Positions 47,224 to 57,391 of a DNA stretch of 64,000 bases are shown piece after piece. Each line of letters begins with the position of its first letter. The first letter of the stretch is position 1. The notes below the pieces were generated by a model. The model was not told where the DNA came from. It did not search any database and worked only from the letters and a program-made list of their open reading frames with translations. The stretch comes from Gemmatimonadota bacterium (GTDB lineage Bacteria; Gemmatimonadota; Gemmatimonadetes; Gemmatimonadales; GWC2-71-9), in the NCBI GenBank assembly GCA_039588295.1, contig JBDHAB010000001.1, positions 32,001-96,000 of the forward strand. The letters run 5' to 3'. The position numbers were made by a program, and so were the translations under genes.

Positions 47224-48072
47224 TCAGAACAGGTACCGACTGAACCACTCCACCGTCATATCCATGGCGGCATCCAGCTGAGGCGTGCTCCCCGCCCACG
47301 GGTGCCGCGCACCCAGCGTATGGGATCCCCCGTCAACGATCTTCAATTCCGCACTGCCGCGCGTCGCGGCACCAAACAGCTTCTCCGCGTCCGCCGGCGA
47401 CACCGATTCGTCGTCGGCTCCGTGCACGATGAGCCACGGAACGGCGATCTCGCCGGCCGCACGCTCGAGATCCAATGCAGCGCTGTTGGCGGAGAGGTCG
47501 TCGAGGTAATCGGTGTACAGCGGGAGGATGTCGCCGGTCCGCATGTTGGGCACATCGATCTTGCCCTTTGCACGCCACTGCGAGACGGTCGCTTCGTCCC
47601 AACGCAGGAGACTCGCAATGGCCGCCCAGGTAACCAACGCCCGACACTCGGGGTGTCTCGCCTCGTACAGCAGCGCTGCCGCACCGCCGCGACTGTGCCC
47701 GAACACACCGAGGGCCGATGGTGTGGCCAGGCCGGGCGCCAAGGAACCCTCGAGCAAGGACCGGCACACGGTGTCGACGTCAGCGGTGTCCCCGGTGATC
47801 GTTGCGTGTCCGAAGCGCTCCGGCTCCGAAAAGGATTCGCCGTCGGGGCCCACACCGCTCCCAGAGAAGTTGAACGTCACGGCAGTCATGCCAGCCCTGG
47901 CGATCCGCTCCGCCAGATAGGGGAAGAACCCCCAGTTCTTGAAGCCCTTGAATCCATGGCAGATAACCACTGCCGGCCGACCGTTACCGCGGATGGCCGT
48001 CCTGACCTCCCCGCGCAGTGGACCGCCGTCGGCCCCTCGCTGCTCAAACGATATCAAGCTGACCGTAGCCAC
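47224..48072 (-). CDS. Alpha/beta hydrolase
   Basis: CHGFKGFKNWG, GHSRGG, HGADDESV, GGSH. Confidence 0.9.
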   Translation of the reverse strand: MATVSLISFEQRGADGGPLRGEVRTAIRGNGRPAVVICHGFKGFKNWGFFPYLAERIARAGMTAVTFNFSGSGVGPDGESFSEPERFGHATITGDTADVDTVCRSLLEGSLAPGLATPSALGVFGHSRGGAAALLYEARHPECRALVTWAAIASLLRWDEATVSQWRAKGKIDVPNMRTGDILPLYTDYLDDLSANSAALDLERAAGEIAVPWLIVHGADDESVSPADAEKLFGAATRGSAELKIVDGGSHTLGARHPWAGSTPQLDAAMDMTVEWFSRYLF

Positions 48073-48158
48073 GATGTTATTTTTACCTCCTCATGGGTAA
48101 CGAATACATTCCTCCTCGGCCCTGTCCGTAGCATGACCGAAACCAGCGGACGGGTCCG

Positions 48159-48722
48159 ATGATGCGGCCTTCCAACCCGGCCCTCCTTGCGGTCACCACG
48201 TCCCTCAGCGAGCACCGTGACAAGCTCGTCTCGCAGTGGTCGGAGTGGATTGCGCACCGCATGTCTCAGGCCCCACACATCCAGCGACCGACGATCGAAC
48301 GTCACCTCGCATTGCTCGTGGACGTGATGATCGAGCTCGCCGGTCCGCTTCGGCGACAGGCGACCGAGTTCTGGTTCACCGCGTGCGAGGTGTATGGGCA
48401 GACCGCCGCGGCCCGAGGGCTCGCTGCCGGAGAGGTCGTCGAGGAGTTGCAGCAGTTTCGGGAGCTGCTGATCCGTTCGTTGTCGGAGACCATCGTGACC
48501 CTCCCGGCGCGCCAATCGATCGCGGCCGTGCTGCGTCTCAATCGCGTCTTCGACCGCGGGCTGACTCACGCCGTGGTCGGTTACACCGACGCGCTCGTCG
48601 AAACGCTGCTCAACCGGCGCGGCGTGCCCATCGTAGCGTCCGAGCCGGCGGAGGACGAAGTACTGCAGCGCCTCACCCATCTTGAGGAAGAACTCGCGGT
48701 CCTGAAGCAACAGAACCGGTGA
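48159..48722 (+). CDS. Hypothetical helical protein (RsbRD-N/globin-sensor-like)
   Basis: YGQTAAARGLAAGEVVEELQQFRE pattern; fills the gap between two real genes. Confidence 0.65.
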   Translation: MMRPSNPALLAVTTSLSEHRDKLVSQWSEWIAHRMSQAPHIQRPTIERHLALLVDVMIELAGPLRRQATEFWFTACEVYGQTAAARGLAAGEVVEELQQFRELLIRSLSETIVTLPARQSIAAVLRLNRVFDRGLTHAVVGYTDALVETLLNRRGVPIVASEPAEDEVLQRLTHLEEELAVLKQQNR

Positions 48723-48735
48723 CGTCGACGCGGCC

Positions 48736-49536
48736 CTAGTGGCCGGCGATCTCCTCGCCCCCATCCACGTTAATGACGTTTCCGGTGATCCAGTCGGTAC
48801 CCGGCTTGGACAGCGCCACAATCGCCCGGGCCACATCCTCGGGTATTGTGAGGCGTTTGTGCGGATTCCGTCGGGCCGCCTCGAGAAACAGCTGGTCGGC
48901 TTCGGGAATCCGCTCCGACGCGGGCGTCCGGGTCACACCGCCGCGCAAGGCGTTGACGGAGATGCCAAGCGGCGCAAGCTCCGTGGCGAGTTGCCGCGTG
49001 TGGGACTCCAGCGCGCATTTTGCGGCGGACACGGCTCCATACGAGGGAATCACACGCGTCGAGCCCGAGGATGTCATCGAGAAAATGCGGCCCCCTTCGT
49101 GCATCAGACCGCGCTGGACCAGCTCCTGCGTCCAGAACACCAGCGAATGCGCCATGACGTCGAGGGTCATGTGCATGTTTCTCTTGGTGATCGGCTCGTC
49201 GGCGATGTACGGCTTGAGGGTGCCGAACGCCAGGGAGTGCATGAGCACGGCAACGGTTCCACCGTTCTCCTCGATGTCGGCCTCCAGCGCATCAACCACT
49301 TCGCTGCGTTTCTCGTCATCGTTCGCATTGACGTTGAAGTACCACGCGCGGTGACCGGTTGCCTCGATTTCCGTCTTGAGCTCCTCGACATAGGCCTCGC
49401 GGGCAGCACGATCGAGATGCACACCGGCAATGTCGTAGCCGGCCCTTGCCAGCTCCTTTGCCGTGGCTTCACCGAACCCGCTCGAAGCACCGAGGATGAC
49501 CGCCCAGCGCGGTACCGTTCTCTGTGCGTGCCTCAC
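48736..49536 (-). CDS. SDR oxidoreductase, enoyl-ACP reductase FabL-like
   Basis: GASSGFG, HSLAFG, YGAVSAAK, NVINVDGG. Confidence 0.85.
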   Translation of the reverse strand: MRHAQRTVPRWAVILGASSGFGEATAKELARAGYDIAGVHLDRAAREAYVEELKTEIEATGHRAWYFNVNANDDEKRSEVVDALEADIEENGGTVAVLMHSLAFGTLKPYIADEPITKRNMHMTLDVMAHSLVFWTQELVQRGLMHEGGRIFSMTSSGSTRVIPSYGAVSAAKCALESHTRQLATELAPLGISVNALRGGVTRTPASERIPEADQLFLEAARRNPHKRLTIPEDVARAIVALSKPGTDWITGNVINVDGGEEIAGH

Positions 49537-49757
49537 GCCAGCCTCCTAGCTGCGAGGCATACAAGCTAGCCGCCAACCGTCTGGCTCGCCACGCCTCTCG
49601 GCGGGTTTAGCCCTTGGCCTGCTGGCCACACTTTGCATTCCGAGATACTATGGAAGGCGATTTTGCCGGCCTGAGTAGGTGCAAAACGCTGACGGGCTCC
49701 GTTCTCCCACAGCGCAGCGTTGCAGCACGGCGGAACCGACCCTACAGGATTGGTGTG

Positions 49758-50915
49758 ATGGATTACTTGCTCACGGAAGACCAGCTGATGGTCCGCGACC
49801 TGTGTCGCCAGATCGCGGAGGAGCGGATCAAGCCAGTCGCGGCCAAGTACGACGAGACCGCCGAGTTCCCGTGGGACATTGTGAAGGTGCTCGCCGAGTC
49901 GGACATCTTCGGGGTGTCGATTCCCGAACAATACGGCGGGATGGGTGGTGGCGTGTTCGAGATGGCGCTGGTGATGGAGCAACTGTCCTGGGGATGCGGT
50001 GGCATTGCGCTGGCGTTCGGCGGCACTGGCCTCGGGGCCTTTCCCATCATCCTGTTCGGCAACGACGAACAGAAGGACAAGTACCTCCCCCCAATCGCCC
50101 GTGGAGAGAGGCTCGCCGCCTTCGCCATCACCGAAGCGGACGCGGGCTCGGACGCCGCACGAATCCGGACGACGGCAACGAAGGACGGCGATCACTACAT
50201 CCTGAACGGTACGAAGCAGTGGATCACCAACGGGGGCGAGGCGGAGATCTACACCGTGATCACCTTGACGGACCGATCCAAGGGCGCGCGGGGTGCCAGC
50301 GCATTCATCGTCGAGAAGGACACGCCGGGCGTAAAATTCGGCAAGAAGGAAAACAAGCTCGGCATTCGCGCATCGGCGACCCGCGAGGTCATCTTCGAGG
50401 ACGCCAGAGTGCCGGCAGAGAACCTGCTCGCACGTGAGGGCATGGGGTTCATCATCGCGCTCAAGACCTTTGATGAAGCCCGTCCTGGTGTTGCCGCGCA
50501 GGCAGTCGGTATCGGACAGCGCGCGCTGGACGAAGCCGTGCACTACGCCACGATCCGTAAGCAGTTCGGCCATCCAATCTCGTCGTTTCAGGGTATCCAG
50601 TTCATGCTCGCCGACATGGCAATCGCCGTCGAGGCTTCGAGGGCGCTCGTCTATGCATCCGCGCGCATGATCGATTCCGGCGCCAAGGACATCGCGAAAC
50701 CCTCCGCCATCTCCAAGACGTTCGCCTCAGATGCGTGCGTCAAAGTCACTATCGACGCAGTGCAGGTCTTCGGCGGCTACGGCTACATGAAGGAGTATCC
50801 CGTTGAGAAGCTCCTGCGGGACGCCAAGATCACGCAGATCTACGAAGGATCGAACGAGATTCAACGCAACGTTATCGCCGCCAATCTGCTCAAGGAGAGC
50901 TCGAGGGGGAATTGA
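49758..50915 (+). CDS. Acyl-CoA dehydrogenase
   Basis: FAITEADAGSD, NGTKQWITNG, KLGIRAS, QVFGGYGY, RDAKITQIYEG. Confidence 0.95.
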   Translation: MDYLLTEDQLMVRDLCRQIAEERIKPVAAKYDETAEFPWDIVKVLAESDIFGVSIPEQYGGMGGGVFEMALVMEQLSWGCGGIALAFGGTGLGAFPIILFGNDEQKDKYLPPIARGERLAAFAITEADAGSDAARIRTTATKDGDHYILNGTKQWITNGGEAEIYTVITLTDRSKGARGASAFIVEKDTPGVKFGKKENKLGIRASATREVIFEDARVPAENLLAREGMGFIIALKTFDEARPGVAAQAVGIGQRALDEAVHYATIRKQFGHPISSFQGIQFMLADMAIAVEASRALVYASARMIDSGAKDIAKPSAISKTFASDACVKVTIDAVQVFGGYGYMKEYPVEKLLRDAKITQIYEGSNEIQRNVIAANLLKESSRGN

Positions 50916-50933
50916 GCTGATCTCGCGTACCCC

Positions 50934-52148
50934 ATGAAGCTCAACATCGCGATCGCGCTCGGCCTCGTCGCGGGCCTCGTCCTGGGGTTGACGGCGGCAG
51001 TTACCGAGTCACGACTCCTCATGGGCATCGCCAGTGGGGTGGAGCCCCTCGGCAACGCGTTTGTCAATCTCCTCAAGATGGTCGTCATTCCTCTGGTGAC
51101 GTCGGTGATCTTCGTCGGTGTCGCCACGTTGGGCGACCTGCGACGGCTCGGGCGCATGGGTGCGATCACGCTCCTGTTCTTTGCGGGCACGACCGTCATC
51201 AGTGTGCTCATGGGAATGGGCGTGATGAAGGCGCTCCTGCCAATGGCGAGCGAAGCCGTGAAAGAGGCCGTCGGAGCCGCGTCCGCCAACGCGCCCGTGC
51301 TGCCGGGCCCCGTCGAGTTCCTCCTGAGCCTGATCCCGAGCAACCCGTTTGCCGCCGCCGCCGACGGCGCGCTGTTGCCCCTCATTCTCTTCACGATCCT
51401 GGTTGCCGCCGCCGCAGGGGCACTGCCGAAGACCGAACGCGACCGGCTCATCCAACTAGCCAGTTCAGTCGCCGCGGCGCTCATCAAACTGGTGCACTGG
51501 ATCCTTCTGATCGCCCCGCTCGGCGTCTTCGCGCTCGCCGCTCCCGTCACGGCAAGGGCCGGATGGGCGATGCTGCAGAGCCTCGCAATCTTTGTGGTCG
51601 CCGTGCTCGTTGGAGAACTCATCTTCATCACCTCCGTCTACGTGCCCGTCGTGCGTTTCGCAGCGAAGATGAGCGTGCGCAGGTTTCTCAAGGGCTGCGT
51701 GAGTCCACAGATCATCGCAGCCACGACGGTCAGTTCGCCGGCTACGGTGCCGGCGATGCTCGAGGCGGCTGACCAGGAGTTCGCCGTCTCACCGGCCGTC
51801 GCCGGATTCGTGATCTCCCTCGGGGCCGGCCTCGGGCGGGCGGGCGCCGCGCTGTTCCAGGGTGCCGGGGTCGTGTTCTTGGCCTGGTTGTATGCCGTAC
51901 CGCTTCCGCTCGCCGGCGTCGGCGGTGCGCTACTCGCCACCATGCTCGTTTCGTTCACCGTTCCGGCGATCCCCGGCGGCAGCGTTCTGAGTCTTGCGCC
52001 AGCGCTCGGTACGATCGGCATTCCGCTCGACGGCATGGCCGTACTGCTCGGTGTGGACCGCATTCCCGACATGGCGCGCACGGCAACGAACGTGACCGGG
52101 ACGCTGACGGCCACCGTGCTCGTCGATCGGCTGGAGCAGGAGTCCTAG
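50934..52148 (+). CDS. Dicarboxylate/amino acid:cation symporter (DAACS)
   Basis: FVNLLKMVVIPL, SSPATVP, VDRIPDMARTATNVTG. Confidence 0.9.
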   Translation: MKLNIAIALGLVAGLVLGLTAAVTESRLLMGIASGVEPLGNAFVNLLKMVVIPLVTSVIFVGVATLGDLRRLGRMGAITLLFFAGTTVISVLMGMGVMKALLPMASEAVKEAVGAASANAPVLPGPVEFLLSLIPSNPFAAAADGALLPLILFTILVAAAAGALPKTERDRLIQLASSVAAALIKLVHWILLIAPLGVFALAAPVTARAGWAMLQSLAIFVVAVLVGELIFITSVYVPVVRFAAKMSVRRFLKGCVSPQIIAATTVSSPATVPAMLEAADQEFAVSPAVAGFVISLGAGLGRAGAALFQGAGVVFLAWLYAVPLPLAGVGGALLATMLVSFTVPAIPGGSVLSLAPALGTIGIPLDGMAVLLGVDRIPDMARTATNVTGTLTATVLVDRLEQES

Positions 52149-52250
52149 GTGATAGGTGATAGCTGGCGGGTGTTAGCATCAGATGTTGCACATCGGATCG
52201 GCAATCATCTGCGCCTATTCCTATCGCCTGTTACCTAACACCCAACACCC
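52146..52250. repeat. Bipartite inverted heptamer repeat (TAGGTGA-like arm / TCACCTA-like arm)
   Basis: TAGGTGA TAGGTGA TAGCTGG CGGGTGT ... CGCCTGT TACCTAA CACCCAA CACCC. Confidence 0.65.
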
Positions 52251-52254
52251 TGCC

Positions 52255-52620
52255 GTGCTCGCTCGCCTTGCCGCCGACCTTCTCCTCACATTCCACTTGG
52301 CGTTCATCGTGTTTGTGGTCGTCGGTGGCTTCATGGCGTGGCGGTGGCGTCGGCTTGCGTGGGTGCACGTTCCGTGTGCCATCTGGGGCGCCGTGATTGA
52401 GTTCATGGGTTGGATTTGCCCGCTGACCCCGTGGGAGGTCTCGCTCCGGCGACAGGCCGGGCAGGCAGGGTACGAGGGCGGCTTCGTCGAGCACTACATC
52501 ATCCCCATCATCTATCCCGGCGCGCTCACCCCGAAGATCCAGATCGGCCTTGGGCTGTTCGTCGTCGCCGCCAATGTCGTCGCCTATTCCATCTATTTCC
52601 GCCGCAGACCGGGCCGTTGA
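52255..52620 (+). CDS. DUF2784 membrane protein
   Basis: HLAFIVFVVVGG, WICPLTPWE, GFVEHYIIPIIYP. Confidence 0.88.
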   Translation: MLARLAADLLLTFHLAFIVFVVVGGFMAWRWRRLAWVHVPCAIWGAVIEFMGWICPLTPWEVSLRRQAGQAGYEGGFVEHYIIPIIYPGALTPKIQIGLGLFVVAANVVAYSIYFRRRPGR

Positions 52621-52815
52621 GTGTCCCTCGTGCCGCCACCGTCTCCCCTCGTCCACCCCATTCGGTTCCACCTAGGTAGATTCTGCTGTTCGAATGGCCT
52701 CCCAGGGGGGCCATCAACACCACATAGCCTCGGCAGACCGGCTGCCGACGTAACGCCGCGCCTGCCATGAACGCTGCCGAGTACCACCGCTGCGTGGTTC
52801 GATCACGGAGGTGAC

Positions 52816-54084
52816 ATGAAGCTCGCACTCCACTGGCAAATCCTGATCGCGATGGTTCTCGGCGTCATCGTGGGCATCGCGTTTCAGGTGATCTACGATG
52901 CCGAGCCCTCCGGATGGCTCTTCGGCCTCATCGCATCACTGGGCACAATATTCATCCACCTCCTGAGGATGGTTATCGTGCCCCTGATCTTGAGTTCCAT
53001 CGTCAGTGGAGTGGCCAGCGTCGGAGACGGCAAGAGCATCGGCAGACTGGGCCTCAAGACATTCACCTACTACTTCGTCTCGAGCCTCATCGCAATCCTG
53101 ATCGGCATCATGGTGACCAACGCGTTCAAGCCCGGGGTCGGCGCGAGCATCCCGATAGGTGAGGACTTCGACCCGTCCACGATCGTCACCCCGAGATCTC
53201 CGGGACAGATCCTCATCGACATGATTCCCCTCAACCCGATTGAGGCGATGTCGTCGGGTCACATGCTCGGGATCATCTTCTTCTCGATCTTTCTTGGTTG
53301 GGCGATTACCAGAACGGGTCACAAGAACCGTGAAACGTTGCGGGGATTCTTCGACGCGTTCTTCGAGGCGATGATGAAGATCACCCAGGTGGTGATCGCC
53401 GTCGCTCCGTTTGGGGTATTCGGCTTGATCGTCAGCACCGTGGCGTCGGCGGGCATCAGCCTGTTCATCACATTGGGCCTCTACATCATCACGATCATCA
53501 GCGGATTCCTGATCCACCTGCTGATCGTGCTGCCGTTGCTCTTCTACTTCACGACGCGGATCAACCCGATCTACCACTTCCGGGCGATGAGTTCCGCCAT
53601 GGTCACGGCGTTCTCGACCTGTTCATCGAACGCGACCCTTCCAGTGACCATGAGCGATGTTGAGAACAAGGCGGGCGTCTCGAATACGATTTCGAGCTTC
53701 GTGCTTCCCATGGGAGCCACGGTGAACATGAACGGCACGGCACTATACGAGTGCGCGGGCGTCATCTTCATCAGTCAGGTCCTGGGACTGCAGCTCGACC
53801 TGTCGCAACAGTTTCTCATCGTCCTGACCGCGTTGCTCTCAGCGGTGGGCGCGGCGGGTATTCCCGCCGCCGGCGTGGTCGTAATCTTCATCGTCACGCA
53901 GGCGATTGGCTTCTCAGATGCGCAGGTCGGACTTATCATCGGCACGATGCTGGCGGTCGACCGGCCCATCGACATGTTCCGCACAACCATCAACGTCTTC
54001 AGCGATAGCGTGGGTGCAGTGATTGTCGCCAAGAGCGAAGGAGAGACGAATCTGTATCCACACATGCTCCCCCAGCGCGCATGA
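52816..54084 (+). CDS. DAACS symporter (GltP-like)
   Basis: AFSTCSSNATLP, GATVNMNGTALY, VDRPIDMFRT; RBS GGAGG. Confidence 0.93.
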   Translation: MKLALHWQILIAMVLGVIVGIAFQVIYDAEPSGWLFGLIASLGTIFIHLLRMVIVPLILSSIVSGVASVGDGKSIGRLGLKTFTYYFVSSLIAILIGIMVTNAFKPGVGASIPIGEDFDPSTIVTPRSPGQILIDMIPLNPIEAMSSGHMLGIIFFSIFLGWAITRTGHKNRETLRGFFDAFFEAMMKITQVVIAVAPFGVFGLIVSTVASAGISLFITLGLYIITIISGFLIHLLIVLPLLFYFTTRINPIYHFRAMSSAMVTAFSTCSSNATLPVTMSDVENKAGVSNTISSFVLPMGATVNMNGTALYECAGVIFISQVLGLQLDLSQQFLIVLTALLSAVGAAGIPAAGVVVIFIVTQAIGFSDAQVGLIIGTMLAVDRPIDMFRTTINVFSDSVGAVIVAKSEGETNLYPHMLPQRA

Positions 54085-54125
54085 CCCTGCTCGAGCGCGA
54101 CGAAGGCGGAAGGGAAGGTCGAGCG

Positions 54126-55976
54126 ATGTCCTCTGAGCTTCCGCCGCTGATCCCTCGAACCGTCATCTTCGGGAATCCGGAGAAGGCCGACCCTCAAGTG
54201 TCGCCGGACGGCAAACAACTCGCCTATCTGGCGCCGCTCGACGGTGTGCTGAACGTGTGGGTTGGACCACTGGGTGGAGATGAGTTTCGCCCGGTCACTC
54301 ACGACGTTGACCGCGGCGTTCGCGTGTACTTCTGGGCACATGACGCGGAGCACATTCTGTTTCTCCAGGATGCTGGCGGTGACGAGAATTGGCGCCTCTA
54401 CAAGGTGCGACTCGATACCGACGCGACCGAGGACCTCACCCCGTTTGACGACGTCCAGGTTCAGATTGCGGGCCGCGACAAGCGTCACCCGAACGAACTC
54501 TTGATCGGCATGAACAAGGAGGACGTTCGGCTGCACGACGTCTATCATCTCGACCTCACCACCAATGAACTCACGCTCGTGGCCAAGAACCCCGGGAATG
54601 TCTTAGGCTGGGTGGCGGATCCAGACTTCGCCGTCCGAGGAGCCCTCGCATCGACACCGGACGGCGGCACGGAGCTGCGAATTCGTGATTCGATCGACGC
54701 CGAGTGGCGTACGCTCCTCGCCTGGAGCCCCGAGGATGCCATGAGCAGCGCGCCGCTCGGTTTCACCCTGGACGGCGCGTCGCTGTACTTGGCGGACTCG
54801 CGCCGCGCGAACGCGGCACGGCTTATGACGGTTCACCTAGGAACCGGCCGGACCGAGGTCATCGCGGAGGATTCGCAGTACGACGTGAGCGGGGTGATCG
54901 TGCACCCGGACACGCGAGAGATCCAGATGGTCGCGTTTACGCGGGCGCGGCAGGAATGGGATGTGCTCGATCCAGCCATCGTGCGGGACGTCGCGGCCAT
55001 CCGCGAGCTCGACCCAGGCGACTTCGATCTACACAGCCGCAGCAACGACGACGCTGTGTGGATCATCGAGTTCACCGAGGACGACGGTCCTGTCTCGTAC
55101 TACGCATTCGATCGGACACGCCGGACCGCGTCGTTCCTGTTTCACACCAGACCCGACCTCGCGCGGTACGATCTGGCGAGCATGGAGCCGATCGTATTCG
55201 ACAGCAGAGACAGGCTTACGATCCACGGGTACCTCACAACGCCCCCCGGGGTGCGCGGCGAGCCGCTGCCGATGGTCCTGAACGTCCACGGCGGACCGTG
55301 GCACCGAGACGTGTGGGGATATGATCCCGAGGCGCAGTGGTTCGCGAACCGCGGCTACGCTTGTCTGCAGGTCAACTTCCGCGGATCGACCGGTTACGGG
55401 AAGGCATTCCTCAATGCCGGCAACCGGGAGTGGGGCGGCAAGATGCATGACGACCTCGTCGACGCCGTGAGGTGGGCGGTGGACGCCGGGGTCGCGGACC
55501 CCGAGCGCATCGCCATCTACGGAGGCTCCTACGGCGGCTACGCAGCGCTGGCCGGCGCCACCTTCACCCCAGAGATCTTCACCTGCGCCGTAGACATCGT
55601 CGGGCCGAGCAACCTCATCACCTTCATCGAGACGATTCCACCATATTGGTCGAGTTACCTGGCCATGCTTCACGAGAGGGTCGGCAACCCCGAGATCGAC
55701 GCCGACTTCCTGAAATCCCGCTCGCCACTTTCCCACGTGGACCGCATCCAAATCCCGATGCTCATCGCGCAGGGCGCGAACGACCCTCGGGTCAAGCAGG
55801 CGGAATCGGAGCAGATCGTCGCCGTCATGCGGGAGAAGGGAATCGATCACGACTACATGCTCTTCCCCGATGAAGGGCACGGCTTCGCGAAGCCCGAGAA
55901 TCGGCTCGAGTTCTACGCGGCGGCCGAGCGGTTCCTGGCCAAGCATCTCGGAGGGCGGTTCGAGCCGGGGGACTGA
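54126..55976 (+). CDS. S9 prolyl oligopeptidase / acylaminoacyl-peptidase family
   Basis: [33 protein letters not shown]. Confidence 0.93.
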   Translation: MSSELPPLIPRTVIFGNPEKADPQVSPDGKQLAYLAPLDGVLNVWVGPLGGDEFRPVTHDVDRGVRVYFWAHDAEHILFLQDAGGDENWRLYKVRLDTDATEDLTPFDDVQVQIAGRDKRHPNELLIGMNKEDVRLHDVYHLDLTTNELTLVAKNPGNVLGWVADPDFAVRGALASTPDGGTELRIRDSIDAEWRTLLAWSPEDAMSSAPLGFTLDGASLYLADSRRANAARLMTVHLGTGRTEVIAEDSQYDVSGVIVHPDTREIQMVAFTRARQEWDVLDPAIVRDVAAIRELDPGDFDLHSRSNDDAVWIIEFTEDDGPVSYYAFDRTRRTASFLFHTRPDLARYDLASMEPIVFDSRDRLTIHGYLTTPPGVRGEPLPMVLNVHGGPWHRDVWGYDPEAQWFANRGYACLQVNFRGSTGYGKAFLNAGNREWGGKMHDDLVDAVRWAVDAGVADPERIAIYGGSYGGYAALAGATFTPEIFTCAVDIVGPSNLITFIETIPPYWSSYLAMLHERVGNPEIDADFLKSRSPLSHVDRIQIPMLIAQGANDPRVKQAESEQIVAVMREKGIDHDYMLFPDEGHGFAKPENRLEFYAAAERFLAKHLGGRFEPGD

Positions 55977-55980
55977 GCGA

Positions 55981-57093
55981 CTAGCCGAACCTCACACAGT
56001 AGATGGGTGGTAGGTGGGTCGAGATCGGGGTCCACGAGTCTCCCTGGTCCTGCGAGATCCAGAGTGATCCGGTGGTGCTGCCGAACACCAGACATTCGCC
56101 CGAGTCGTCGACATCGAGCGCATGGCGGAACGTGAGGTCGTAGGCGTGGTCCTGCGGCAGGCCGTTAGAGAGCACCTCGAACGATTTGCCACCGTCACGT
56201 GTCCGAGTGACCACCACACGCCCATCTACCGGAACGCGGTGCTCGTCGCTGACGCTCGGCACCAGCCACGCGGTGTCGGGATCACTCGGATGAACCGCCA
56301 CGGCGAATCCGAAGTTGGACGGCGGCACGCCAGCCACCTCCTGCCATGATCGGCCATCGTCGGTCGAGCGGAACACTCCATTGTGGTGCTGGACCCAGAA
56401 GGTGTCGGGGAAATGTCGGCACTGGACCAGGCAATGAGGATCCTGGATGGCTGGATCGTGCTTTCGCTCCGGCGGCATGTACGCGGCCCACATGCCATCG
56501 GAGTGGCATGCCCACGACCCGCCTCCGTCTTCGCTCCACCACACCCCACCACAGGAGATGCCCACCGCGAGCCGTCGCGCGTTCCGTGGGTCGACGCATA
56601 TCGAGTGAATACCGGGGTAATCGTAGCCGCCGCCGAACCACTGTTTCCGCAGTGGGTCATCCCAGAGTGACTTGACCAGCTCCCAGGATTCCCCGGCGTC
56701 CCTCGACAGGAACAAGCCTCCGGGAATCGTGCCACTCCACAGGAGCCCAGGCTCGTCGGACCCGCCCGGCTCGAGCGCCCAGATCATGCTGAGCTTCCAC
56801 GGAATCTCCCTGCCGATGCTGTTGACATCCGGTGGAGCGCCGTCCGGTCGCTCGGGGTAGGCTGGCGTCGCACACTCATCCCACCCGTTCCCGCCATCAC
56901 GCGAACGGTGAAGCTTGGCGCCAAAATGCCCGTGGGCCAGCGCTGCGTACGTGGTCCCGTCGCGCGAGTCTTCCAGGACCATTGACACGTGGTCACCGAG
57001 GAAGCTGGCGTTCGTGATGCGCCACACCCCAGATCCCTGACGCGACACGACGAATAGGCCCTTCCGCGTGGCGACGTGGACGCGGTCACTCAT
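55981..57093 (-). CDS. BNR/Asp-box repeat beta-propeller protein
   Basis: Repeated SxDGGxxW Asp-boxes (SRDGGNGW, SRDAGESW, SEDGGGSW, STDDGRSW, SQDQGDSW). Confidence 0.88.
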   Translation of the reverse strand: MSDRVHVATRKGLFVVSRQGSGVWRITNASFLGDHVSMVLEDSRDGTTYAALAHGHFGAKLHRSRDGGNGWDECATPAYPERPDGAPPDVNSIGREIPWKLSMIWALEPGGSDEPGLLWSGTIPGGLFLSRDAGESWELVKSLWDDPLRKQWFGGGYDYPGIHSICVDPRNARRLAVGISCGGVWWSEDGGGSWACHSDGMWAAYMPPERKHDPAIQDPHCLVQCRHFPDTFWVQHHNGVFRSTDDGRSWQEVAGVPPSNFGFAVAVHPSDPDTAWLVPSVSDEHRVPVDGRVVVTRTRDGGKSFEVLSNGLPQDHAYDLTFRHALDVDDSGECLVFGSTTGSLWISQDQGDSWTPISTHLPPIYCVRFG

Positions 57094-57111
57094 GGAACAC
57101 TCCCCCTGCCG

Positions 57112-57381
57112 TCAGCCGCCGGACAGCGCCTGAAGGATGAAGATCTCGTCGCTATCAGAAACGGCATCGCTCAGACTCAGCCGATCCGTGATTGGCTCGC
57201 CGTTCACGAAGATGACCATGTGGGGGCGAAGCGCGCCCTGCTCATCGAGCACGTAACTACGCGCACGCTCGTTCGTGGAGAACACGCGATCGAGTACTTC
57301 GCGGACGGTGCGTCCCTGCGCTTCGGTTGGAGGGAGGGCGACATGACGCTGCAGGTTCGCGGTGAATTCGACCTTGGGCAT
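57112..57381 (-). CDS. MoaD/ThiS ubiquitin-like protein
   Basis: 89-aa beta-grasp pattern ending QALSGG. Confidence 0.9.
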   Translation of the reverse strand: MPKVEFTANLQRHVALPPTEAQGRTVREVLDRVFSTNERARSYVLDEQGALRPHMVIFVNGEPITDRLSLSDAVSDSDEIFILQALSGG

Positions 57382-57391
57382 AGCTAACGGG

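Noticed and set aside
52670..52810. Riboswitch upstream of the DAACS transporter
   Set aside because: Two small hairpins are present but no glycine, lysine, SAM or TPP consensus was recognised
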